This document shows, in pieces, positions 29,200-36,372 of a stretch of 64,000 nucleotides of DNA. Where the stretch lies: contig JAAUYQ010000049.1 of the NCBI GenBank assembly GCA_014805015.1, forward strand, positions 114,122 through 178,121, given 5' to 3'. The notes beneath the pieces are model-generated. The model saw only the letters and a list, made by a program, of their open reading frames with translations. It searched no databases and was not told the DNA's origin. The stretch comes from Clostridia bacterium. GTDB lineage: Bacteria; Bacillota; Clostridia; Christensenellales; Christensenellaceae. A program made the position numbers and the translations under genes. The stretch's first letter is position 1; the number at the start of each line of letters is the position of its first letter.

Positions 29200-30265
29200 T
29201 TTCTTCCCTCTTCCGCCGCATGATTTCCGCCAGCGACTGCTCGTAAGGCGGATAGGCGATGCCGTACTCCGTGATGATAGCCGTGATGTCGGCAGCATCA
29301 GTCACATCGAAACTAGGGTTGAACGTCCTGACGCCTGCCGGAGCCATCGGCTCCCGGTACCACATGCTCGTGATTTCCTCCCCGCCGCGCTCCTCGATGA
29401 CGATCTCTTCCCCGGTCCGCGTCTCCATGTCAATCGTCGAGGAAGGCGCACACACGTAGAACGGGACCCCGTAGCGCCTTGCTGCCAGAGCCACCCCGCC
29501 TGTGCCGATCTTATTGGCCGTGTCACCGTTCGCCGCCACCCGGTCGCAGCCGACGAGCACAGCCTGAACCATGCCGCGCCGCATCACCGTCGGCGCCATG
29601 TTGTCGCAGATGACGGTCGTGTCGATGCCTGCATCGGTGAGCTCATACGAAGTCAGCCGGATCCCCTGAAGCAGCGGCCGGGTCTCGTCGCAGAACACGT
29701 GGAACCCGTAACCTTTTTCCTCGCCCACATAGATCGGAGCCGTGGCCGTTCCAAGCTGCACCGCCGCGAGCCGGCCGGCATTGCAGTGTGTCAGGATTCC
29801 CATCCCCGGCTCAAGCAGCGTCAGCCCGTTTTCTCCAATCCGGCGGCAGACCGCCTTGTCCTCTTCGTAGACAGCATTGGCTTCCCGCCGCAGTGCCTCG
29901 CGCTGCGCGGCCACACTCTCGCCGCGCATGCTGTCCAGCACGCTCTGCATGCGCCGGACCGCCCAGGACAGGTTTACGGCTGTCGGCCGGGCGGAGTTAA
30001 GGTATTTCCCGGCCTCCGTGCACAGACGCCAAAACTCTTCCGGGTCCTCGGTCAGAGCATTCAGTGCCGCCAAATAAAACCCGAACGCCGCACTGACGCC
30101 GATGGCCGGTGCACCCCGCACCCGCAGGCGCCTTATCGCATCCCAGATCTCCTCTGTCGTGCGCAGCTGCACCCGTTCTGCCCGGCCGGGCAGCAGTGTC
30201 TGATCGATGATATCGAGCGCACGGCCGTCCCGGCTCAGCCGCACCGTGTCTTCGGTCACGCTCAT
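29156..30265 (-). CDS. mtnA: S-methyl-5-thioribose-1-phosphate isomerase
   Basis: LDIIDQTLLPGRAERVQL...IRRLRVRGAPAIGVSAAFG and CDRVAANGDTANKIGT are hallmarks of the eIF-2B-like MtnA family. 369 aa. Confidence 0.88.
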   Translation of the reverse strand: MSVTEDTVRLSRDGRALDIIDQTLLPGRAERVQLRTTEEIWDAIRRLRVRGAPAIGVSAAFGFYLAALNALTEDPEEFWRLCTEAGKYLNSARPTAVNLSWAVRRMQSVLDSMRGESVAAQREALRREANAVYEEDKAVCRRIGENGLTLLEPGMGILTHCNAGRLAAVQLGTATAPIYVGEEKGYGFHVFCDETRPLLQGIRLTSYELTDAGIDTTVICDNMAPTVMRRGMVQAVLVGCDRVAANGDTANKIGTGGVALAARRYGVPFYVCAPSSTIDMETRTGEEIVIEERGGEEITSMWYREPMAPAGVRTFNPSFDVTDAADITAIITEYGIAYPPYEQSLAEIMRRKREENGLSGQSAGIGGHS

Positions 30266-30268
30266 ATC

Positions 30269-31555
30269 TCAGGCCGCAGCCAGCGGCTTCACCGACTCTG
30301 ATACAAGCAGCGCGCCGTACATGTTGTCCGGATAGCCGGCACGCTTGATCACCGCAGCACGTCCCGGGTAGTACCGCAGGAACAGTTCCAGCAGTTCCTT
30401 GGACCCACCCCGCACAACCACCGGCTTTTTCATGAACAGCGTCAGCGCGGTGATCAGTTTCTGCACCGGGAAATCGTCGTGAAGATGGCGGAAATCCACG
30501 ATGCAGGCATCGCAGTCGTCGATATCCATCGGCAGAATGTCCGAGACCGACATGAAGTCATCTTCCTGCATGGCCTCGGAGATCTCATCGAAGATCATTT
30601 CACAGAACTGCAGTCCTTCCTGGGACAGATCGAGAATGCCGAGCGGCGAGGCGATGATCGGGCGGTCTTTCATCTCTACATCCGGGAACGACTTGCCTTC
30701 GAAGAATTTCTTCATCGCAGCAATATAGGCGGGAGTGGAGCCGCAGCAGCCGCCGAGCAGCCGCACGCCGGCCTGGGCGAACGGTTCCATCTTGCGGGCA
30801 AATTCCGCCGGCCCGATACCGAACACAGTACGGCCGTTCTCCCGCTCCGGGAGACCCGCATTCGGCTTGACGCACAGCTGACGGTCCGTGACTTTTTCCA
30901 TCAGGTCCATCGGCTTGAGCAGCGTGACCGGCCCGCCGGAACAGTTGGCGCCGACCACATCCGCTCCGAGCTGGCAGCAGGTGACGGCGCAGGCATCTGC
31001 CGGAGTGCCGTTCAGTGTGCGCTCACCCTGGAAGGTCATGTTGCAGATGATCTCCACGTCGCCGAACCCGCGCGCCGCGACGATGGCTGCCCGCATCTCG
31101 TTGATGTCCATGAACGTCTCGAAGTTGACGATTCTGATGCCCGCATCGTGCAGCGGTTTGAGCTGCTGCTGAAAGATCCCGACGGCCATGTCAAAGCTGA
31201 GGTATCCGGCTGGTTCAAAGTACAGTCCCGTAGGACCGACGGACGCTGCGACCAGCACATCGGTGCCCTTGGTGCATTCCAGTGCAATCCTGGCCCCGGC
31301 TGCGTTGATCTCCTCCAGCTTGTCAGCAAGGCCCATACTCTCGAGCGTCGGGCGGTTGGCCGAAAACGTATTGGTCTGAATCATATCGGAACCAGCCTCA
31401 ATGAAGTCGCGCGTCATCTTGGCGACATCGTCCGGACGGGTCACATTCCAGTATTCGGCGCACTCACCGCTCTTCAGCCCCATGCTTTCCAGATAGGTCG
31501 CCTTCGACCCGTCGTAGAGCACAATACCCTTTTTCAGCCTCTCCAGCAGTCCCAT
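30269..31555 (-). CDS. homocysteine S-methyltransferase-domain protein with an extra C-terminal domain of about 130 aa
   Basis: The Hcy-binding barrel has the Zn-ligand Cys motifs VGANCSGGP and LLGGCCGSTP. The N-terminus IVLYDGSKATYLE...IQTNTFSAN resembles the first MetH module. Confidence 0.75.
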   Translation of the reverse strand: MGLLERLKKGIVLYDGSKATYLESMGLKSGECAEYWNVTRPDDVAKMTRDFIEAGSDMIQTNTFSANRPTLESMGLADKLEEINAAGARIALECTKGTDVLVAASVGPTGLYFEPAGYLSFDMAVGIFQQQLKPLHDAGIRIVNFETFMDINEMRAAIVAARGFGDVEIICNMTFQGERTLNGTPADACAVTCCQLGADVVGANCSGGPVTLLKPMDLMEKVTDRQLCVKPNAGLPERENGRTVFGIGPAEFARKMEPFAQAGVRLLGGCCGSTPAYIAAMKKFFEGKSFPDVEMKDRPIIASPLGILDLSQEGLQFCEMIFDEISEAMQEDDFMSVSDILPMDIDDCDACIVDFRHLHDDFPVQKLITALTLFMKKPVVVRGGSKELLELFLRYYPGRAAVIKRAGYPDNMYGALLVSESVKPLAAA

Positions 31556-31557
31556 GT

Positions 31558-32763
31558 TTACCTCACTTTATCTTTCGGGTTCTCTCCCTGCACGTCAGCA
31601 GCCGCAAAATAGGAACGGTATTCCAGGTGCATACGGCCCGGGAAAAGATGTTCGTACAAATCTATAAAATAATCGTCCGTCATGCTCGCGATGTAATCCA
31701 CGGTCAGCAGATCCGGACCATCCTGCAGATATTCCTGCATCGCGTCCCGGCTCCCGGCCATCTTCAGGTGGTGACGGAAGACAGGCGTCTTCTCACGTCC
31801 GCACGCAAGATCCTCCCGGCAGCGGCTGTACAGATCCCGGAACATCCGGCCCAGCTGCGGATACGGCTCCTGCTCGTTCTGCCGCGCATAGATCCGCTCG
31901 TAATTCGTCTGCTTCTCGCGTTCGATGGCGTCTGCATAGAGATCGTCGAGGTGCAGGTACGGCCGTCCAAAGCTCTTTTCGACCAGATTCTCCACGATCC
32001 GGGCAGCGAATCCGCGGCCGCTTCCGAGCAGACCGGCGCTGTCCTGCCCTGCTGCGTCAATCCCAAGCAGCCTGGCGTCCTCCCGGTCTTTCTCGAGATA
32101 GGCAAGCACGTCAGAGAGACGGACCACACAGCCCTCAAGCGTGGAAGCAACCAGAGAGCTGCGGCCGGATCCTGAGCAGGCCTGTGCGTATTTGCGGTCA
32201 AACGCCTCGAGAGCCGCATCCTTCCCCTCCGGAAACGTCTCCGGCCGGATGCTGCCGCGGATAGGCAGACCGTTGTGACAGAGGATTCCGTCCAGCGTCT
32301 GCACCGAGATGTTCAGCCCCAGAACGCGGTCAAGAAAGCGGACGCTCTGCACATTGTGTCGGAAATGCAGTCCGGTCCGCTCAAAATACAGTTCAGAAAG
32401 AAAGCGCTCCCCCGCATGGCCGAACGGCGTGTGTCCGATGTCGTGGCCAAGGGCGATCGCTTCAATAAGGTCTTCGTTCAGGCCGAGCAGCCGGCCAATC
32501 GTGCGGCCGATGCGTGAAACCATCTGCACGTGCTGCATGCGCCTGGTGATGTCGTCGTTTCGGTACAGGGAAAAGACCTGCGTCTTATCCGCGTACCGGT
32601 TGTAGATCCGGCACCCGAGGATCCGGTTGACGTCGCGGACAAACCCCGGGCTGAGCACGTCCGGTTCCCCGGGCCGGCGCCTTACAGCCTGAGAGCTGCG
32701 GCACGCCCAGGGCGCAAGGTGCGGTTCCATCCTGCTGCACGGCCCTTCGCTCATTTTCAGCAC
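31558..32763 (-). CDS. dGTPase-like dNTP triphosphohydrolase (HD superfamily)
   Basis: KTQVF...RRMQHVQMVSRIGRTIG...ALGHDIGHTPFGHAGE is the dGTP triphosphohydrolase-type HD signature. The start is GTG 32763 or ATG 32754, and neither has a clean SD. Confidence 0.8.
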   Translation of the reverse strand: MLKMSEGPCSRMEPHLAPWACRSSQAVRRRPGEPDVLSPGFVRDVNRILGCRIYNRYADKTQVFSLYRNDDITRRMQHVQMVSRIGRTIGRLLGLNEDLIEAIALGHDIGHTPFGHAGERFLSELYFERTGLHFRHNVQSVRFLDRVLGLNISVQTLDGILCHNGLPIRGSIRPETFPEGKDAALEAFDRKYAQACSGSGRSSLVASTLEGCVVRLSDVLAYLEKDREDARLLGIDAAGQDSAGLLGSGRGFAARIVENLVEKSFGRPYLHLDDLYADAIEREKQTNYERIYARQNEQEPYPQLGRMFRDLYSRCREDLACGREKTPVFRHHLKMAGSRDAMQEYLQDGPDLLTVDYIASMTDDYFIDLYEHLFPGRMHLEYRSYFAAADVQGENPKDKVR

Positions 32764-32768
32764 CGCCC

Positions 32769-33317
32769 TCAGAGAATGCCCGCGTCCATCAGAATGGTGC
32801 GCAGCTTGTCCCGTCCGCGCGACAGACGGCTTTTGACAGTCCCCACGGAGATCCCGAGGATCTGGGCAATTTCCTCATATTTTTTCCCGTCCACGTCCTT
32901 GAGGATGATGACTGGAATATACTTTTCCGGCAGAGAGAGAATAGCCCGCTTGATCGTCTCGCCCAGCTCATGATTAAGTGTCTCCCGCATCGGCTCACCG
33001 TCAGTGCTGACAATATAGTTGCCAGCCTCATCGATGTCCTCATGCGTCCGCCGTTTCCGGATCAGATCGAGGCAGGTATTGGCTGTCACACGGTACATCC
33101 AGGTTGAAAAGGCGGAACGGAAGGAAAACTTGCCGATGTTGGTAAACATCTTCAGGATTGCTTCCTGCGCTGCGTCCTGCGCATCGTGATCGTTGCGCAT
33201 GAACTTAAACGCGATCGCATATATTCTTTTGTCGTATGCTTCGATCAGCAGGCTGAACGCCGTAGCGTCCCCCTTCTGAGAGCGCACAATAAGTTCGTGC
33301 TCGTCTAGCTCCGGCAT
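32769..33317 (-). CDS. ECF-type (sigma-70 group 4) RNA polymerase sigma factor
   Basis: 182 aa. Region 2 is DAQDAAQEAILKMF...FSTWMYRVTANTCLDLIRKRR and region 4 is EIAQILGISVGTVKSRLSRGRDKL. Confidence 0.85.
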   Translation of the reverse strand: MPELDEHELIVRSQKGDATAFSLLIEAYDKRIYAIAFKFMRNDHDAQDAAQEAILKMFTNIGKFSFRSAFSTWMYRVTANTCLDLIRKRRTHEDIDEAGNYIVSTDGEPMRETLNHELGETIKRAILSLPEKYIPVIILKDVDGKKYEEIAQILGISVGTVKSRLSRGRDKLRTILMDAGIL

Positions 33318-33353
33318 GCTGGGTGTCCGTCAGGGTTGCTTTCTTACCGCACA

Positions 33354-33382
33354 ATTATACCGGTTTCTGCGCTATTTTCCAA
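33354..33382 (-). promoter_or_regulatory. candidate sigmaA promoter for the sigma-led unit (TTGGAA-17-TATAAT)
   Basis: Read on the minus strand, the -35 is at 33382..33377 and the -10 at 33359..33354 with a 17-nt spacer, about 35 nt upstream of ATG 33317. Confidence 0.5.
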
Positions 33383-33394
33383 GAACTCACGATC

Positions 33395-33424
33395 TTGACC
33401 GCAGCGGCAGCGATGAAGTATGCT
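33395..33424 (+). promoter_or_regulatory. candidate promoter for tRNA-Leu (TTGACC-18-TATGCT)
   Basis: The hexamers end 10 nt before the mature tRNA 5' end. Confidence 0.4.
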
Positions 33425-33434
33425 AGTTTTGTCC

Positions 33435-33521
33435 GCCGAAGTGGTGGAACTGGTAGACGCGCCGGACTCAAAATCCGGTGGTAGCGATACTGTGCGGGTT
33501 CGAGCCCCGCCTTCGGCACCA
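33435..33521 (+). tRNA. tRNA-Leu (anticodon CAA), CCA encoded
   Basis: Hand-folded. The acceptor stem is gccgaag/cttcggc, the anticodon stem ccgga/tccgg has loop ctCAAaa, there is a long variable arm, and the T-arm is gcggg-ttcgagc-cccgc. 87 nt. Confidence 0.9.
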
Positions 33522-33611
33522 GACGCCGGCGCAGCCCGAGGGCTACCGCCGGCCTTTTGCTGTCCGGGAACAGGCTCCCGGGGCGTTTCAGGAAACTTAG
33601 GAGGTATCACC

Positions 33612-33821
33612 GTGGCAAAGAAGACCATTAAGATTGAGGGCATGCACTGCAGCGGCTGCTCTGGACGGATTGAGCGGCTGCTGAACGCCCTGCCCGGCGT
33701 CAGCGCATCCGTCAGTCTCGACGATAAGGAAGCTGTCGTGGAAGCTCCGGATGACATGCCGGAGTCGACTCTGACCGATAAGATCACTGGAGCCGGCTAC
33801 CAGGTCGTTTCCGTCTCCTGA
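33612..33821 (+). CDS. copZ: heavy-metal-associated (HMA) copper chaperone
   Basis: 69 aa; KKTIKIEGMHCSGCSGRIERLLNALPGV carries the GMxCxxC metal-binding loop. The GTG start follows AGGAGG by 8 nt. Confidence 0.8.
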   Translation: MAKKTIKIEGMHCSGCSGRIERLLNALPGVSASVSLDDKEAVVEAPDDMPESTLTDKITGAGYQVVSVS

Positions 33822-33826
33822 CACAG

Positions 33827-33873
33827 AAAAGCCCGGCGCAGAGGCTCCTTAGCTGAAAACGCCGGGCTTTTCT
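33827..33873. terminator. terminator after copZ (bidirectional geometry)
   Basis: The sequence is aaaagcccggcg-N21-cgccgggctttt. Confidence 0.55.
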
Positions 33874-33923
33874 GACTGCGGGGCAGCTGCCATTCGTTCC
33901 GCTGAAAGGCGGACAGCGCCTTC

Positions 33924-34214
33924 TTATTCCGGAATAAAGAACATGCCTTTGCCCTGATTGGTGCTCTCGCCCTGGACCCATTCGTTCATGGTTCCAAGAT
34001 CCCACTTCTTCCCGGGCTTACCGTCGACCATCTCATTGAAGCCGCCGTTTTTGTCGCCGCGGATAATCGTTCCGTTCTCAAGCGTGTAGGTCGGATACGT
34101 GTCGACCATACTGGAGCTCTTGATTGTGCGACCGTCCTTGATCGCCTGTTTTTCCGCGTCCTCGAACGCGGACATGCTCACTTCATTCATGCCGATGTAG
34201 TATTTGATTTCCAT
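33924..34214 (-). CDS. hypothetical small protein (96 aa)
   Basis: An ORF with an SD-like GAAAGGA upstream and ordinary soluble-protein composition. It is visibly more A/T-rich than its surroundings. I recognise no motif. Confidence 0.45.
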   Translation of the reverse strand: MEIKYYIGMNEVSMSAFEDAEKQAIKDGRTIKSSSMVDTYPTYTLENGTIIRGDKNGGFNEMVDGKPGKKWDLGTMNEWVQGESTNQGKGMFFIPE

Positions 34215-34784
34215 GCAGTTCTGCCATCCTTTCCACTGTCTCTTTCATTCTTAAAAGCGCGCAGCGGTATCTAAACCGGCCGGGAAGGTCCTGGGGCCAC
34301 TGCAGCTTCTCAGGAGATCTTCGCCTCCCTGCAGATCATTTCGCAGAAGACAGGCAGCAGATCCCGTCCCATGCCCGTGAAGCTGTTCTCAGCTCGGGGC
34401 AGGACCTCGCTGAACGGCTTTCTGCTGATCAGGCTGGGCCGCGCCAGTCCGCGCAGGCAGATCTGTTCGATTCAAACTCTGTCCTTCGTGCCATAGACGA
34501 CTGGCCGGAAGCGCAGGCTGCCGTACGTAAGACAGCAGCGCAGGGTGCTTTCGGGGACGCACAGGCTGAATCCAATCCTCCGAGAGTGCTGCCTGACATG
34601 ATGAAAATGCCGGATCCGGACCGGTGAGGCCGGCGCACCTGCTTCCGGCGGCTGCTCCGGCTTCTCAGAACGCGCAGCCGCTCTATTGCTGCAAACGTGG
34701 CTGATCCCAAGCCCGCCGGAAGCCGGCCATCCTGCAGTTTCCGGGTTTTGAATCCCTCAAAAACAGAATCGTGATCAGAAATGG

Positions 34785-34815
34785 AAAGCCCGCAACATGC
34801 ATCGTTACGGGCTTT
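34785..34815. terminator. hairpin aaagcccg-N15-cgggcttt next to the 3' end of tRNA-Lys
   Basis: On the minus strand it follows the tRNA cluster (then TTTCCATTT). On the plus strand it is followed by TTTTCTCT, so it could terminate either direction. Confidence 0.5.
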
Positions 34816-34819
34816 TCTC

Positions 34820-34895
34820 TGGTGACCCATCGGAGATTCGAACTCCGGACACCTTGATTAAAAGTCAAGTGCTCTACCAACTGAGCTAATGGGTC
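34820..34895 (-). tRNA. tRNA-Lys (anticodon UUU), CCA encoded
   Basis: Hand-folded. Acceptor stem gacccat/atgggtc; anticodon stem cttga/tcaag with loop ctTTTaa; T-arm ccgga-gttcgaat-ctccg region. Confidence 0.9.
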
Positions 34896-34932
34896 CTTAT
34901 TTCGTATGGCAGCGGCGTCCGCATTCGTAAAA

Positions 34933-35007
34933 TGGCTGGGGTAGCAGGATTTGAACCTACGAATGCGGGAGTCAAAGTCCCGTGCCTTACCACTTGGCTA
35001 TACCCCA
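34933..35007 (-). tRNA. tRNA-Gln (anticodon UUG), CCA encoded
   Basis: Hand-folded. Acceptor stem tggggta/tacccca; anticodon stem cggga/tcccg with loop ctTTGac. Confidence 0.88.
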
Positions 35008-35016
35008 ACAAAAAAA

Positions 35017-35094
35017 TGGGGTGAGTAGTGGGATTTGAACCCACGACCTCCTGGGCCACAACCAGGCACTCTAACCAACTGAGCTATACCCACC
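35017..35094 (-). tRNA. tRNA-His (anticodon GUG) with encoded G-1, CCA encoded
   Basis: Hand-folded. An extra 5' G pairs with C73; the anticodon loop is ttGTGgc; the T-arm is gtggg-ttcaaat-cccac. Confidence 0.85.
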
Positions 35095-35103
35095 ACAAAC
35101 AAA

Positions 35104-35180
35104 TGGCGCGCCTGCAGGGACTCGAACCCCGGACACACGGCTTAGAAGGCCGTTGCTCTATCCACCTGAGCTACAGGCGC
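35104..35180 (-). tRNA. tRNA-Arg (anticodon UCU), CCA encoded
   Basis: Hand-folded. Acceptor stem gcgcctg/caggcgc; anticodon stem acggc/gccgt with loop ctTCTaa. Confidence 0.9.
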
Positions 35181-35204
35181 ACGCCGTCGCGCGACTGCTT
35201 CATC

Positions 35205-35233
35205 ATTATATGGACACCCTCCTGCCTTGTCAA
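35205..35233 (-). promoter_or_regulatory. consensus sigmaA promoter for the tRNA cluster (TTGACA-17-TATAAT)
   Basis: Perfect hexamers on the minus strand (-35 at 35233..35228, -10 at 35210..35205) with a 17-nt spacer, about 25 nt upstream of tRNA-Arg. The -35 overlaps the stop codon of the upstream CDS. Confidence 0.7.
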
Positions 35234-35724
35234 CAATTCTGCAGCCGGATCAGCTTCGGGACAAGACCGACTTCACCGATCAGAATCACGCACACGGTGG
35301 GGTCGCCGCCGCGGGGCTCCCCGGCACTGCCGGGGTTTATAAGCCACAGGCCGCCGTGATTCTGCACATAGGGTATGTGGGTGTGGCCAAACAGCACTGC
35401 GCTCGCATTCTTTTCCGCGCCAAACTGTTCGAGCCGGTCGTAGCCGAACTTCGCATGGAAGAGATGCCCGTGCGTAAGCACAATCCGCTGGTTCTTGATG
35501 GTCACCAGCTCCCACTCCGGCTCTTCGTCTCCCCAGTCGCAGTTGCCGCGGACGGACAGAACCCGCGTGTTCGGCATATGCTCAGCCAGGTAGTGGGCAT
35601 CACTGACATTATCGCCAAGGTGGAACAGGTATTTCATGTCCGAGTAGCAACGGACGATTTCCTTGAGAGCCTTGCGGTTGTGGTGCGTGTCACTGACTGC
35701 TACAGTACGGACAAAGTCGCTCAT
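35230..35724 (-). CDS. YfcE/MJ0936-family metallophosphoesterase
   Basis: VAVSDTHHN...LFHLGDNV...LTHGHLF...LFGHTH are the calcineurin-like phosphoesterase metal motifs. 164 aa. There is a 4-nt overlap with rdgB. Confidence 0.8.
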   Translation of the reverse strand: MSDFVRTVAVSDTHHNRKALKEIVRCYSDMKYLFHLGDNVSDAHYLAEHMPNTRVLSVRGNCDWGDEEPEWELVTIKNQRIVLTHGHLFHAKFGYDRLEQFGAEKNASAVLFGHTHIPYVQNHGGLWLINPGSAGEPRGGDPTVCVILIGEVGLVPKLIRLQNC

Positions 35725-36305
35725 TGGACCTTCACCAGCTCCTGCAGCTTTTTCAGAGCCACTGCCCTGTGGCTGATCTGATTCTTGTCGTCCATTGAAA
35801 TCTCCGCAAACGTCATGTCAGAGTCCGGAAGAAAGAACAGCGGATCATAACCGAAGCCGCCCTCTCCCGCCGGTTCTTCTCCAATCACGCCGTCCACGGT
35901 TCCTTCCACAGAGAATTTGACCCTGCCGCCGCTGGCCACCACAATGCAGCAGACAAACTGGGCACTGCGGTCGGTGACGCCGCGCATCTGCTCAAGCAGC
36001 AGCGCATTGTTCTCGGCATCCGTTGCTTCCTCACCGGCGAATCTTGCGCTGCGAACCCCCGGCCTGCCGCCGAGAGCCTTTACCGAGAGCCCGGAATCGT
36101 CCGCAAGCACGTCGCCCTCAGTCAGTTTCGAGATTTCCACGGCTTTCTTGATCGCGTTGGCCTCGAAATTCTCACCATCTTCCACGACATCAACATGGAT
36201 ACCCAGTTCGGCCGCAGTGACGATCTCATCGTAGCTTTCCTTCAGGAGCTCCTCAATCTCTGCAACCTTCCCCCGGTTTGTCGTTGCCAGTACTAGTCTG
36301 CCCAT
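35721..36305 (-). CDS. rdgB: dITP/XTP pyrophosphatase (RdgB/HAM1)
   Basis: LVLATTNRGKVAEIEELL...GFGYDPLFFLP...ISHRAVALKKL. The start is moved to ATG 36305 after GGAGAGG; the track ORF is over-extended by 61 codons. Confidence 0.85.
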   Translation of the reverse strand: MGRLVLATTNRGKVAEIEELLKESYDEIVTAAELGIHVDVVEDGENFEANAIKKAVEISKLTEGDVLADDSGLSVKALGGRPGVRSARFAGEEATDAENNALLLEQMRGVTDRSAQFVCCIVVASGGRVKFSVEGTVDGVIGEEPAGEGGFGYDPLFFLPDSDMTFAEISMDDKNQISHRAVALKKLQELVKVQ

Positions 36306-36372
36306 AACTCGCCTCTCCTTTCGGGGAGCTCTCCCCATGGTATACTTAAGCCAGACAGGAGGTGGGCAAACT

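Noticed and set aside
34470-34500. Possible tRNA 3'-end duplication (att-like): minus-strand ggacagagtttgaatcgaac resembles a T-arm
   Set aside because: Only about an 11-nt similarity to the gagttcgaatc T-loop region of tRNA-Lys. There is no acceptor-stem match, no integrase and no second repeat copy, so chance is the likely explanation.
34429-34830. 133-aa minus-strand ORF next to tRNA-Lys (and 34683..34880, which overlaps tRNA-Lys itself)
   Set aside because: Arg/Ser/Ala/Cys-rich, overlaps the tRNA terminator hairpin and tRNA sequence, and has no SD. The region is treated as non-coding or a decayed gene (see findings).
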